From: Acidobacteriota bacterium
Lineage (GTDB): Bacteria; Acidobacteriota; UBA6911; RPQK01; JAJDTT01
Direction of reading: 5' to 3'
Assembly: GCA_965217775.1 (NCBI GenBank)
Contig: CBDCJH010000002.1
Location: forward strand, 64,001-128,000
Length of the DNA stretch: 64,000 nucleotides
Shown here: piece after piece, positions 8,827-19,116 of the stretch
Layout of the letters: each line of letters starts with the position of its first letter
Position numbering within the stretch: position 1 is the stretch's first letter
The notes under the pieces: generated by a model
The model's database searches: none
The model's input: only the letters and a program-made list of their open reading frames with translations
Told to the model about the DNA's origin: nothing
Position numbers and translations under genes: made by a program

Positions 8827-10452
8827 ATGAAGAGCAGACGGAAGTTCCTGACGGAAACAGCAGCGTTCACCACTCTGGGGACGCTCGCATGCGGCGTGTC
8901 TCCTGAGCATTCGGGCGAAGCCGTGCGGCACCGGTCCGAGACTCCTTCTTGGCCCACACCTTTGCTGATGCCCGACGACTTCAGCGAGCTGCACCTGACC
9001 GCCTGGCGTGTGGAGCCCGGGATCCCCGATCCGGAGAACCCTCTCCTGGAGGGGGACATGCCGTGGGATGCCGGTGGCATCGGAATCCACAGCTCGGTGT
9101 TCAAGGATCCCAGGAACGGACGATGGAAGGCCTATCTCGTGGCCACTCCTCCGGAGGAGACGGCCCGGGACTGGCGCAGTCCATGGGCTTCCAACAATCA
9201 CTCCAAGCGCCGACTCTGCCTGTTCGAGAGCGATGACGGAGTCCGCTGGTCCCGGCCCCTACTGTCCAACGCTTCGTTCGGCCCACATGAGAAGACCAAC
9301 ATAATCTTCGACCTCGACCAGGGGACGGCCGCCTATTCCTCCGTCATGGTCGATACCGGCGACGCCGACATGCCCTACGAGATGTACGTCCTTCGTTTTG
9401 CTTCCGTCGAGGGAGAAGCACCGGCCGGCACCGGCTATTACCGATACCGTTCCCGCGACGGTTATCGCTGGGAGCTATTTGGTGAACCCATCTACGACCC
9501 AATGAGCGGCGATCTCTGTTTCTTCTATCGCTACGGTCCGGGAGAGCATGTCGCCTATTACCGGCTGGGTGGCAAGAAGCAACCGGGCGACCATGTCCCG
9601 ATCTACGAGGATGCGCCCCGCCGCACCGTCTATCGGGCGACGAGCGAAGACGGGGACGTGTGGACGCGGGACGAGTCCATGATCTTGACCGTGGACGAGC
9701 GCGACCACCGGGACACTCAATACCAGGAGCTGGTGCCGCACCGGGTCCCCGGCGGATACCTGGGGATGGTGACCATGTACCGCCCCCTCACCCAGACCCT
9801 GAACCTGCGCCTGGCGGCATCACGGGACGGTAGCCGCTGGTGGTATCCGGACCGCCGGCCCTGTCTGGACAACGCTCCCTTGGGCGACTATGGGGGCGGG
9901 ATGATCTGGCAGAGCCAGTACCTGGTCGAGGAGGACAGCCGAATTCACCTCTACTATGGGGGAACCGAAGGCCCGCACCGGCAGATCTTCGACACCCGCG
10001 CTCCCAGCCAGCAGGTCGGTTACCTGGAGAGCGCCATCGATCACGGCGCTCATTTTCTGCCCTTCAATTCCGCCCTCTGCCGCGCCTCCTGGCAGTTGGG
10101 GCGAATGTACGCACTGATCCCCGCCGCCGGCGGCCCGACACTCGGCATGGCGGTGACCCGGGCGCAAGATCTGGCCAATCGGTCGTTGCGGGTCAATCTC
10201 GTCACTCGGCCGGCCAAGAAATCGACACGACCGGACTTGGATGCCGGCTATCTGCAGGTGGAGCTTCTGGACTCGGAAAATCGGCCGCTGGACGGCTTTG
10301 CCAGGAAAGACTGCAGCCCCCTGAAGGGCAACTATACGGGTTTGCGCGTGAGCTGGAGTGGGGGCGAACGCGCGCCGGAAGGAGCCCGCAAGGCCAAGTT
10401 CTATCTGAAGCGGGCGTTTCTGTACGGTTTCGGGTTTCAGATCAGCTCGTGA
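8827..10452 (+). CDS. Tat lipoprotein, 5-bladed beta-propeller glycosidase-like (GH32/43/130-like)
   Basis: SRRKFL Tat motif, LAC lipobox, Asp-box-like SDDGVRW/SRDGYRW/SEDGDVW/SRDGSRW repeats. Start moved to ATG 8827. Confidence 0.65.
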   Translation: MKSRRKFLTETAAFTTLGTLACGVSPEHSGEAVRHRSETPSWPTPLLMPDDFSELHLTAWRVEPGIPDPENPLLEGDMPWDAGGIGIHSSVFKDPRNGRWKAYLVATPPEETARDWRSPWASNNHSKRRLCLFESDDGVRWSRPLLSNASFGPHEKTNIIFDLDQGTAAYSSVMVDTGDADMPYEMYVLRFASVEGEAPAGTGYYRYRSRDGYRWELFGEPIYDPMSGDLCFFYRYGPGEHVAYYRLGGKKQPGDHVPIYEDAPRRTVYRATSEDGDVWTRDESMILTVDERDHRDTQYQELVPHRVPGGYLGMVTMYRPLTQTLNLRLAASRDGSRWWYPDRRPCLDNAPLGDYGGGMIWQSQYLVEEDSRIHLYYGGTEGPHRQIFDTRAPSQQVGYLESAIDHGAHFLPFNSALCRASWQLGRMYALIPAAGGPTLGMAVTRAQDLANRSLRVNLVTRPAKKSTRPDLDAGYLQVELLDSENRPLDGFARKDCSPLKGNYTGLRVSWSGGERAPEGARKAKFYLKRAFLYGFGFQISS

Positions 10453-11798
10453 ACGGGCTGGCCGGTGGTGTCGTCGATGGAGTTGGCGATCTTGACGGGA
10501 CGGCCGATGGGGCTCATGTACTCCTTGGTCCAATCGATGCCGAACGCCTTGTAGACGGTGGCGTGCACGTCTCCCATGGAGACCATGCGTTCGGCCACGA
10601 AGGCGCCCCGCTCGTCGCTGGCCCCCACCACCTTGCCTCCCTCGACACCGCCTCCTCCCAGGATCATTGACCAGCAATGGGGCCAGTGGTCGCGTCCGCC
10701 CTTGGAGTTGAAGCGGGGAGTGCGTCCGAACTCTCCCATGACCAGGACCAGGGTGGACTCCAGCAGTCCCCGTTCCTCCAGATCGTCCAGCAGCACGGGT
10801 AGGGACTGCTCCAGACCTGGGACCAGCTTGTCCCGGTGGCTCTTGTCGTTGTTGGCATGCGTGTCCCAGCCGTTGAGATCGTGGCCGGCCGCAGTGACGA
10901 AGCGGCTTCCCGTCTCCACCAGCCGGCGCGACAGCAGCAGGCTTTGACCGAAACCGGTGCGGCCGTAGGCGTCGCGAGTCTTCTCGGACTCCTTGGAGAG
11001 GTCGAAGGCCTCCCGAACCTCGGGGGAGAGGACCATGTTCACGGCCTGCTCGGTGAAGCTGTCCATCTTGAACGCTTCGGCCATCTCCATCTTCCGCCGG
11101 TAGGTCTCGTCCATCAGGGCCAGGAGTGAGCGCCGGTCCTCCAACCGTTTCGGCGAAACGGCCTTGGGCAGACTCAGGTCCTGAACCTGGAAGTCGTCGC
11201 TGTTGGGATCGGTGCCCACGACCATGGGATCGTACTTGGCGTCCAGGAACGCTCCCTTCAGGTAGTTTCCCTTGGCCCCCTCCTTGTAACCGGGGACCGC
11301 AACATGTGCCGGAACATGGTTTCTGGGGCCCCGTTCCCGGGTCACGATGGTGCCGAAGGAGGGAAACTGCATGGCCGCCGTGGGCCGGTGTCCGGTGAGG
11401 GCGTAATAGGTCCCCTGGCCGTGGTTGTTCTCCTCCGTGTGCATCGACCGGATGATGGAGACCTTGTCCATGCGCTTGGCCATGCGGGGAAGGAGGCTGG
11501 AGATCCGGATTCCGGGGACGTTGGTGGAGATGGGCCTGAAGCTGCTGTCGACCTTGGGGTCCCACATGTCGATGTGGCTCGGCCCCCCGTCCAGCCAGAC
11601 CAGGATGCACGACTTGGCCGTGGCGTTGGCTTCCACGTCGATGCCGGCTTCCGCGAAGACGCTCTTGGCTTGGAGATACCGGCTGAGGCTGATGCCGAAC
11701 AGGCTGAGAGCCCCGGTCCGGATGAACTCGCGGCGCTTCAGCAGCGACTCGGTACAGGTCAGACAACCGATCTTGTCGCCGGGTTTGGGTACGCTCAT
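10437..11798 (-). CDS. DUF1501 domain protein (Tat)
   Basis: KRREFI, KSCILVWLDGGPSHIDMWDPK, WDTH, GEFGRTP and GRDHW motifs. Confidence 0.9.
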   Translation of the reverse strand: MSVPKPGDKIGCLTCTESLLKRREFIRTGALSLFGISLSRYLQAKSVFAEAGIDVEANATAKSCILVWLDGGPSHIDMWDPKVDSSFRPISTNVPGIRISSLLPRMAKRMDKVSIIRSMHTEENNHGQGTYYALTGHRPTAAMQFPSFGTIVTRERGPRNHVPAHVAVPGYKEGAKGNYLKGAFLDAKYDPMVVGTDPNSDDFQVQDLSLPKAVSPKRLEDRRSLLALMDETYRRKMEMAEAFKMDSFTEQAVNMVLSPEVREAFDLSKESEKTRDAYGRTGFGQSLLLSRRLVETGSRFVTAAGHDLNGWDTHANNDKSHRDKLVPGLEQSLPVLLDDLEERGLLESTLVLVMGEFGRTPRFNSKGGRDHWPHCWSMILGGGGVEGGKVVGASDERGAFVAERMVSMGDVHATVYKAFGIDWTKEYMSPIGRPVKIANSIDDTTGQPVHELI

Positions 11799-11860
11799 GA
11801 GCGGATTTCCTTCTCGGATCTCGTGTCCATCCTATACCAGGTATCCCCGTCCTTCGACCA

Positions 11861-14422
11861 TCAATTCGAAGCAAACTCCCGGGATGTGATCATGGCCCAC
11901 ATGATGTCCTTCAAAGCCTCCTCGCGCGAATCGCTTGCTGCGACCACCTGCTCCAGCCGGGACTGCTCCCTGTCGGTGGGCAACCGGCTCAGCGCCCTCA
12001 GGTACAGCTCTTCGATTATCTCTCTGTCCGATTTGCCGGACTTCAGGAGTCGGTGAAGCCGGTTGCCGGGATCGCCGATCTTCTCCTGATACGTGGAGCC
12101 GACCATGATGTGGAGCGCCTTCTTCAGGCTGGCGTCGTTCTTGCGCTCGGGGATGCTGGCTCGGTTGGGACGATCGTGGATGTCCAGGAACTTGGACGCG
12201 TAGAGGTCCGGGACCCGGAGGTGAATGGCGCGGGTCCCCGCGGGCGCGGTGCCCATCCAGTTGTTCTTGAAGGTCTCGGGGACTCCCGTAACGTTGGAGA
12301 TGGCGTCCAGGAGAATCTCCGCGTCCAGATCCCGGCGCACCCGGTGGGAATAGTTGGCTATGTCGTTCCGGTTGGCGGCGTTGGGAATGGCCGAGAGCTG
12401 ATAGGTGCGCGACTTGGCGATGAGCCGCAGGAGACGCTTGAGATCGTAGCCGTTTACGGCAAAATCGCGGGCCAGTTCGTCCAGCAGCTCGGGATGAGTC
12501 GGAGGGTTGGTGGAGCGGAAGTCGTCCACCGGGTCCACGATTCCGCGTCCGAACATGTGTCCCCACATCCGGTTCACGATGGTCCGGGAGAAATTGGGCT
12601 GGGCGATGATCCAGTCCGCCAGAGCCATTCGGGGATCGAATGACTTCTCCTCGGGCAGCGGTCTTCCGTCAGGAAACACCGGGGACACTTCCTCGCCGGT
12701 CCGGGGATGGAGCACCTTGACCGTGTCCTCCGACTCCTCGTAATCGGGGACGCGGCCCGCCGGATCTTCGAAGACCACGATGGCGCCTTCGGAGGTCCAC
12801 TCGGTCCGGCTGAGCCGACCGAAGAAGGCCGCCAGACCCCAGAACTGGTCCTGGGACCACTCTTCGAAGGGGTGATGGTGGCACTGGGCGCAGTCGAGCC
12901 GGTATCCCAGGAAGACCCGCATCTCCTCGGGCATGACGTCCTGGGGTATGGATGCCTCTCCGTTCTGCAGGAAGTGCCGGGAGGGTCCGTCGTTTCCCTG
13001 TGCCGAAATCCGCTCTAGGGCCATCTGATCGTAGGGCTTGTTCTCGGTCAGGCTGTTGCGGATCCAGGCCCAATAGACCAGAGAATGGGCTGGCGTTCCG
13101 GTGGAGGAGTAGGAGACCCGGAAGAGATCGCTGAAGCGGAAGGTCCAATAGTCGATGTACTCGGGCGTCTCCAGCAAGGTGTCGATGAGATGGTCCCGTT
13201 TTGCAGGATCGGTGCTGCTCAGGAACTCGCGGGCCCGATTCGGCGGCGGGAGCGTACCGGTCAGGTCCAGACAGACCCGCCTCAGGAATTCTTCGTCCGA
13301 AGAGAGGCTCGAAGGGGCGATCCGTAGTTTTCGCAGCTTGCCGAAGACGTGCCGGTCGATGAGGTTGTACTGTGTCACCTCAGGGACGGCAGATACAATG
13401 TCGGCAATGACGCCGATCCTGGAGTTGGCCACGCGGCCCGGTGCCCGCACCAGCAGGGCCGTCTCTCCTGTGTCGAAGGCCTCCACGCGGCCGGTGGCTG
13501 AGATCCGAACCAGTCCGGGGTTGACGGTCTCATAGCGCACCCGGTCCGTCAGATCCTCGGTCTTTCCATTGCCCAGATGTCCGGTGACCAGCAACTGCCG
13601 GTGCTGGCCCTTTTCCAAGACCAGGTAAGAGGGAAAGATCTCGATTTTTTGGATCCGCAACTGCTCCTCATCCCGCACCGGAGCGCCATCTCGGACCCAG
13701 TCGCGAATCGCCGCGTAGTCGTCGGAATCCGGCGCGAAGCGGCTGCCTCCACCGTGGGGGATCTGAAACGTCGGCTTCTGAAGCAGCAGGCTCTTCTCCG
13801 GATTCTTCGAATCCACTCGAGGCCGGATCGGTTCCGCGCTCTCGGGCGACAGGACCTGATAGGTGCCACCCTCCACGATCCAGCGGTGGTCTTCCTGGGG
13901 GTGCCGGGCGTCCAGTGAGAGCTTGAAGCCGCCGCGGCCCTTGACCCCACCGTGACAGGCGGAATCGTTGCAGCCGCGCCGCGTCAGTATGCCTCCGATC
14001 TCCCTGGAGAAGCTGAAAAGCCTCGGTGTTCGGCTCTCGCGCACCTGGACCGAAGCCTGGGAAACCTGACCCTGGAATTCGGCCTGAATGGTCGTTTCGC
14101 CGTCGTTGCGGGCAACGAGCTTGCCGTCGGCCGGAAAATCGGCCACTTCATGGTCGATTACCTCGAGGCGGCTGTCGGCGGTCACGTCCCGCTCCATTCC
14201 GTCCGCAAAAGTCGCCACTACAACCAGCCGCTGAGAGGCATCGACGCCCCACATTCGGATCTCCTGGGGTAGGAGGCGCAACGACAGAGCCTGGGGTGGA
14301 TGGGAGGGCGAGGGAGCCGGCGTTCCCGAAAACAGCAGCGAGCCGCTCAGAGCCAGGACGGCAGCCAACGATATCCGGGCTGGAGTCCGGCTCCAGGTTT
14401 TCCGCGCGGTAGCCGCTGTCAT
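11861..14422 (-). CDS. DUF1549/DUF1553 (PSD1) protein with Ig-like (Big_2) repeats
   Basis: GCNDSACHG, EFLRRVCLDLTGTLP, CAQCHHHP, NRMWGHMFGRGIVDPVDD motifs. Confidence 0.9.
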   Translation of the reverse strand: MTAATARKTWSRTPARISLAAVLALSGSLLFSGTPAPSPSHPPQALSLRLLPQEIRMWGVDASQRLVVVATFADGMERDVTADSRLEVIDHEVADFPADGKLVARNDGETTIQAEFQGQVSQASVQVRESRTPRLFSFSREIGGILTRRGCNDSACHGGVKGRGGFKLSLDARHPQEDHRWIVEGGTYQVLSPESAEPIRPRVDSKNPEKSLLLQKPTFQIPHGGGSRFAPDSDDYAAIRDWVRDGAPVRDEEQLRIQKIEIFPSYLVLEKGQHRQLLVTGHLGNGKTEDLTDRVRYETVNPGLVRISATGRVEAFDTGETALLVRAPGRVANSRIGVIADIVSAVPEVTQYNLIDRHVFGKLRKLRIAPSSLSSDEEFLRRVCLDLTGTLPPPNRAREFLSSTDPAKRDHLIDTLLETPEYIDYWTFRFSDLFRVSYSSTGTPAHSLVYWAWIRNSLTENKPYDQMALERISAQGNDGPSRHFLQNGEASIPQDVMPEEMRVFLGYRLDCAQCHHHPFEEWSQDQFWGLAAFFGRLSRTEWTSEGAIVVFEDPAGRVPDYEESEDTVKVLHPRTGEEVSPVFPDGRPLPEEKSFDPRMALADWIIAQPNFSRTIVNRMWGHMFGRGIVDPVDDFRSTNPPTHPELLDELARDFAVNGYDLKRLLRLIAKSRTYQLSAIPNAANRNDIANYSHRVRRDLDAEILLDAISNVTGVPETFKNNWMGTAPAGTRAIHLRVPDLYASKFLDIHDRPNRASIPERKNDASLKKALHIMVGSTYQEKIGDPGNRLHRLLKSGKSDREIIEELYLRALSRLPTDREQSRLEQVVAASDSREEALKDIMWAMITSREFASN

Positions 14423-16395
14423 TGCTCATACTCCTTCTTACCTTCGCCCGCCGCCGCCCCCTGACCTGTGGCCAACATCATGATGGGGACCCGTCCCAGC
14501 GGAAGCGGTGTACCGGTCCGGTCGCCGGCCATGGGTTGGGCCCAGAGACGGACGAGCTGAGGCGTCCCGGTGGCGGGTGCGTCCGCGTCCGCCACGAAAG
14601 CCATCGTTACTCCCTTTCGAACCGGACGGAATCGAGTCATATCACCGAGATTGCCGCTTTCCAGTCCCATGGGGAAATAATAGGCGCCTTTGAGCAGAGA
14701 GGTGGTGTAAGGGGCCGGGGTGGCCGGAAGGACCCGGACGCCGCGGGGAAGGTTGTCCGCCATAACGGCGACTCCGCCCTCGAAACCTTCCTCCAGATCG
14801 CAGACCACGGTGAAGGTCTTGCTCTGTCCCGGCTCCAGGTACACCCGATCCGTGGTGGGTCCCAACCTTCGCCCCTTGACTCCCAGGACGTACTCCACCC
14901 GGCCCACGTGGGGGATCTTGGGACGAATCAGCAACCGGTAGGCCAACTCGGGTCCGCCCCTTCGAGAGGTCAGGTCTCGGATCAGGAGCCGGTAGATTCC
15001 GTCTTTCTGAAAAGTAAAGACCGTCTTGCGCTCGGTCGTCTTGCTGACGTCGTCGCCGTCCCCGCCGTATTCAAAGTGGATATTGTTGAAGACTTCCTCC
15101 CCCTCCGGGCCGGAGACCCAGATCCAAGGATTGAATTGGGGTGGCGCCGCCTCGGGAGTCTCGACCTCGAATGCCAGACCCTCCCCGGCTTTCACGCGGA
15201 ATCGATAGGTGTCCACGTCCCCGGGTGGGTCGATGGTCCCCTCCAGGACCACGGCGGTGGAGACTTCGGGACCCTCGGTGTCATTGGGTTCCTGTTCCTG
15301 AAATCGAGAGATGACCCGGTCATGCACCGCGTCTCCCTGGGACTCCGGTTCGGCTTCGGCGTCTCCCGATCCGGTGGCGGGAGCGACACTTCGAGCTGCC
15401 AGCACCTTCAGCCGGTCGGATTCAAGCGGCTTATGGAACGCACCATGTTGAGCGTACGCCCCCGAGTCCCGTTCCAGCCAGTCGGCCGGATCGGGATGAG
15501 CGGGCTGACCCATGACCGTGGAAGAGTCCGGAGGCTCGGTGCCGATCCTGAGCAGGTAGACGAAGTCGGGGTTCCCCTCACCCAGGAAGGAACCCATGGA
15601 GACCAGGTAGCGGCCGGCTGTTCGGAATCGGTGCGTCGGCATGGGAAAGACGGCAAACCGGGCGCCCCAGCCCTGGCGCCGCGACTGGAGCACCGGAACC
15701 CAAGAGAGCGGCCGGGACTCCCACGGCAGCCTGAGGAGGCGGTCCGGGTCGAACCAGCTTCCGGTGGGTGCGTAGAGGTTCAACTCCGCCTCCGCACTGT
15801 AGGGGATATAGATGGGAAAGGAGGTGAAGGTCTGGAAGTGGAATTGCTCGCCCTCCTTCGCCTGGAAGGCGTACCAATCGAGTTCCCCGTTGGTCTTGGT
15901 GGTGCCGGCGATGACGACCGGCGCCTGAACCATCTGGCGCTTCTCCGCCTCCTGCTCCAGCACCACGGGTTCGCTGACGACCTGGAAGGTCAAGGCATTG
16001 GACATGCCGCGGGGAGTGACGATCCGAAACCGGTGAAGCCCGACCTTGGCGTCCCCGGCGATCCGGAGTTGCAACCGGGCTCGATGTCCGGCCAACTCCG
16101 TCTGCTTGGCTTGCGGGTCCCGCTCCGCCAGTTCATCGGGGGCTGATTCCCGGATCTCCTCGAGGCCCAGAAATCGGATCTCCACGTCGTCGCACTCGAA
16201 CCAGGCGGCAGTGGCCCCTTCCATGTGCTGCCCTCGGACCGACACCTCCACCGTCGTGCCTCGTTCTCCCCCCAGGGGGAAGACGGAGAGGGTCTTGGGC
16301 TCCTTGGGCGGCGCTTTCTTGGACTCGTCCGCAGCCCGGGAATCACCCAAGAACAAAAGCACGAGCACAGCTATCAGGGGTCTGATCTTGAACAT
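14419..16395 (-). CDS. Secreted PPC (pre-peptidase C-terminal)-repeat protein of the DUF1501 module
   Basis: Signal peptide, VFPLGGERGTTVEV, EQEPND and DVDTYRF motifs; ATGA-coupled to the DUF1549 gene. Confidence 0.75.
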   Translation of the reverse strand: MFKIRPLIAVLVLLFLGDSRAADESKKAPPKEPKTLSVFPLGGERGTTVEVSVRGQHMEGATAAWFECDDVEIRFLGLEEIRESAPDELAERDPQAKQTELAGHRARLQLRIAGDAKVGLHRFRIVTPRGMSNALTFQVVSEPVVLEQEAEKRQMVQAPVVIAGTTKTNGELDWYAFQAKEGEQFHFQTFTSFPIYIPYSAEAELNLYAPTGSWFDPDRLLRLPWESRPLSWVPVLQSRRQGWGARFAVFPMPTHRFRTAGRYLVSMGSFLGEGNPDFVYLLRIGTEPPDSSTVMGQPAHPDPADWLERDSGAYAQHGAFHKPLESDRLKVLAARSVAPATGSGDAEAEPESQGDAVHDRVISRFQEQEPNDTEGPEVSTAVVLEGTIDPPGDVDTYRFRVKAGEGLAFEVETPEAAPPQFNPWIWVSGPEGEEVFNNIHFEYGGDGDDVSKTTERKTVFTFQKDGIYRLLIRDLTSRRGGPELAYRLLIRPKIPHVGRVEYVLGVKGRRLGPTTDRVYLEPGQSKTFTVVCDLEEGFEGGVAVMADNLPRGVRVLPATPAPYTTSLLKGAYYFPMGLESGNLGDMTRFRPVRKGVTMAFVADADAPATGTPQLVRLWAQPMAGDRTGTPLPLGRVPIMMLATGQGAAAGEGKKEYEQ

Positions 16396-16581
16396 GGATT
16401 CGACTCGATGGTCAAAATTATGCTACCACACGCGCCGGCAAGTTTCGTTGCGCCGGGATCGCGTTTCAAGTAACTGTTCGTAGTAGACTGGCGGGGCGGC
16501 GGAGGCCGGCAAAAACGCAGCTTACTATCGAGGGGGCGTACGGGTCCGGCGCCAACATCAGCAGAGGAGAGGAGTGAGGCA

Positions 16582-17769
16582 TTGAAGTTTCCGGCAGGTC
16601 CAAGGTTCGCATCTCGATTTCGACTCGTTCGAATGTTGTTGCTTGCGCTGTTTCCACTCTGGCTCCAGCTCTCCTGCGGTGAATCGGTCCCTTCCCAGGA
16701 GGAGACGAACCGGAGCCTGGTGGTTCCAACCCCCGATCTCAAGGTGGCCTTCATCGGAGACTCGGGATACGGTCCGCGCACCGACCGGGTGTTGGAGTTG
16801 ATCCGGCGGGAGGGCGCCCATCTGGTTCTCCACCAGGGGGACCTCGGGTACGACGAGGGCAATCCGAAGGCGCCGGTCAACTGGCATTCGGGTGTCGAGC
16901 GGATTCTGGACGCGGCGGTCGAGGGAGGACGGTTTCCCTATCTCTACAGCGTCGGCAACCACGATGTCCGCCACTGGCGCCAACGGAGTCCACCCGGATA
17001 TAGCCGGATTCTCCAGGAGCGGGTGGAAGGGACCCCCGGCCTGGAGTGCACCGGGGATCTGGGAGTGAAGTCCTCCTGCACCTACCAGGGACTCTACCTG
17101 GTGCTCTCGGGAGTGGGCTCCATGGGTCAGGGGCACCGGCAGTACCTCTCCGAGGCCCTGGACGAGGGCGAGGACTTCCTCTGGAGAATCGCCTCCTGGC
17201 ACAAGAACCAGCAGGACATGCAGGCGGGCGGGAAACGGGACGACACGGGCTGGGGGGTGTACCGGGACTGCCAGGAAGCCGGAGCCATCATCGCCACCGG
17301 TCATGAGCACTCCTACTCCCGGAGCTATACCCTGACCGATCTGGGCAACGAGCCGGCGGGCCACGGAGCCACGGGCTCACCCGAACGGATGGTTTTGGGG
17401 GCAGGGAAGACCTTCGTCCTGGTCAACGGACTGGGGGGCAAGAGTGGACGGGACTACCACTGTGAGCAGCACGAGGACGACACCTGGTGGGCCACTATCT
17501 TCGCGCGGAACTTCTGGCTCGCCAACGGGGTCGTCAAGGAGAAGAACTGCTCCATCATGGACCCGGAGGGGAAACAGTATGCCCGGACGGTCCGGGAGTA
17601 TGCCGACGGCGTCTTGTTCATCACCTTCAACCCGGGCGGCCAGACCCACTTGGCCCACGGAGAATTCCTGACCGTGGAGGGAGACCGGATCGACGAATTC
17701 GAGATCGTGAACGAGCGGAGCCCGAACGCGGCAGTCAGCTCGGATGTCAGCAGCAGAGAAGGCGGATGA
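16582..17769 (+). CDS. Calcineurin-like metallophosphoesterase (exported/lipoprotein)
   Basis: FIGD, HQGD, GNHD and GHEH motifs; LSC lipobox. Start could also be ATG 16633. Confidence 0.8.
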   Translation: MKFPAGPRFASRFRLVRMLLLALFPLWLQLSCGESVPSQEETNRSLVVPTPDLKVAFIGDSGYGPRTDRVLELIRREGAHLVLHQGDLGYDEGNPKAPVNWHSGVERILDAAVEGGRFPYLYSVGNHDVRHWRQRSPPGYSRILQERVEGTPGLECTGDLGVKSSCTYQGLYLVLSGVGSMGQGHRQYLSEALDEGEDFLWRIASWHKNQQDMQAGGKRDDTGWGVYRDCQEAGAIIATGHEHSYSRSYTLTDLGNEPAGHGATGSPERMVLGAGKTFVLVNGLGGKSGRDYHCEQHEDDTWWATIFARNFWLANGVVKEKNCSIMDPEGKQYARTVREYADGVLFITFNPGGQTHLAHGEFLTVEGDRIDEFEIVNERSPNAAVSSDVSSREGG

Positions 17770-18695
17770 AAAGGCGCGATGCGCTGAAACTGATGGCGGG
17801 AAGCCTGTTGGCCGGGGACCTTTGGAGCCGCTCCGAAAACGGACGACTGCGAGCGTCCCCGGATTTCCGATTCCGTTACATCCTGGCGTCCAGCCTCTAT
17901 GGAATGTTGAAGCTGAAGGAGATCCTTCCGGAGGTGGCGCGCACCGGCTGCCGCTTTATCGACATCTGGCCGCGAGGCCATGCCGACCAGCGGGAACAGA
18001 TCGAGGAGATGGGGCATGAGGCCTTCGGCCGGCTCCTGCAGCAGCACGGGGTCCAGGTGGGAATCCTGACCCACTACGACCTGGGTCCGTTCGGTCTCCA
18101 GGAGGCGATGAATGTCGGCCGGCAGTGGGGAACCCGCATCCTCATCTGCGGCAGCGTCAAACGGACGGGCGAGGGTCCGGAATCGCTGAAAGCCGAAATC
18201 GACGCCTTCATCGAGAAGATGAAGCCCCACGTGGCCGCCGCCGAGGAGGCAGGCGTGACCATCGGCATCGAGAACCACGGCTCGGCGTTGATCCGGAGCC
18301 CCGATTCCATCCGCTATCTGGCCGAGAAGTCGCCCTCACCCCGTCTGGGGATCGCTCTGGCGCCCTACCACCTGCCGCAGGACCCGGAGCTCATCGCCGG
18401 ACTCATCCGGGATCTGGGGCCGAAGATGGTCCACTTCTATGCTTGGCAACATGGCAAGGGCGCCATGAAGAAGCTGCCCAAGGCGGAAGAGATGGAGCAG
18501 TTGCCTGGATTCGGCAGCCTGGACTTCATCCCCATCGTTCGGGCCCTCAAGGAGACCCGCTATCAGGGATGGACCTCCATCTTCATGCACCCGGTCCCCC
18601 GGGGGATTCCCATCCTGCCCACGGCCCGGGAGGTCACGGACGCCGTGAACCGGTCCCGCCGTTACCTGGAGGAATGCCTGCAGGCGGTCTCGTGA
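17766..18695 (+). CDS. Tat-exported sugar-phosphate isomerase/epimerase (AP-endonuclease-2 TIM barrel)
   Basis: MKRRDALK Tat motif, IGIENH, LPGFGSLDF; ATGA overlap with the upstream gene. Confidence 0.8.
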   Translation: MKRRDALKLMAGSLLAGDLWSRSENGRLRASPDFRFRYILASSLYGMLKLKEILPEVARTGCRFIDIWPRGHADQREQIEEMGHEAFGRLLQQHGVQVGILTHYDLGPFGLQEAMNVGRQWGTRILICGSVKRTGEGPESLKAEIDAFIEKMKPHVAAAEEAGVTIGIENHGSALIRSPDSIRYLAEKSPSPRLGIALAPYHLPQDPELIAGLIRDLGPKMVHFYAWQHGKGAMKKLPKAEEMEQLPGFGSLDFIPIVRALKETRYQGWTSIFMHPVPRGIPILPTAREVTDAVNRSRRYLEECLQAVS

Positions 18696-18715
18696 CCCCG
18701 GCATCGACGGCGGGG
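18679..18715 (+). repeat. 37-bp direct repeat, left copy (includes the upstream gene's stop)
   Basis: TGCAGGCGGTCTCGTGACCCCGGCATCGACGGCGGGG; 34/37 identical to 21285-21321. Confidence 0.85.
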
Positions 18716-18856
18716 TAAATAGGTTTCATGAGAGGATCTTTGCGACCCTTTCTGTTCTCCGCTTAGTGTGACCATTTGGGACTGGATTCCCTGACACCCC
18801 ACCGTAAGACAAAGCGTTATTACAATAGTTGTTACGACCTGAGGAAGGGACGATCC

Positions 18857-19084
18857 ATGGTTGAATTGAAGGTTCGTAAATTCGGCAACTCGCTCGGCGT
18901 CATCCTTCCCAAAGAGGTCATCAGCCGGCTGCGAACGAAAGACGGGGAGCCTCTATTCCTGATCGAAGCTCCTGACGGCGGGTACCAACTGACACCTTAC
19001 GATCCCGCGTTCAAAAGGAAACTGGCCAAAGCCGAAGATATCATTGGCCGCTACCGGAACACGTTGCGCGTATTGGCCAAGTGA
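18857..19084 (+). CDS. AbrB/MazE/SpoVT-family antitoxin (orphan)
   Basis: LKVRKFGNSLGVILPKE...LTPYDP...YRNTLRVLAK, typical of antitoxins paired with Doc. RBS upstream of ATG 18857. Confidence 0.85.
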   Translation: MVELKVRKFGNSLGVILPKEVISRLRTKDGEPLFLIEAPDGGYQLTPYDPAFKRKLAKAEDIIGRYRNTLRVLAK

Positions 19085-19116
19085 CGAATGGGAATCACGG
19101 GAGGGAAGAAACAGAA

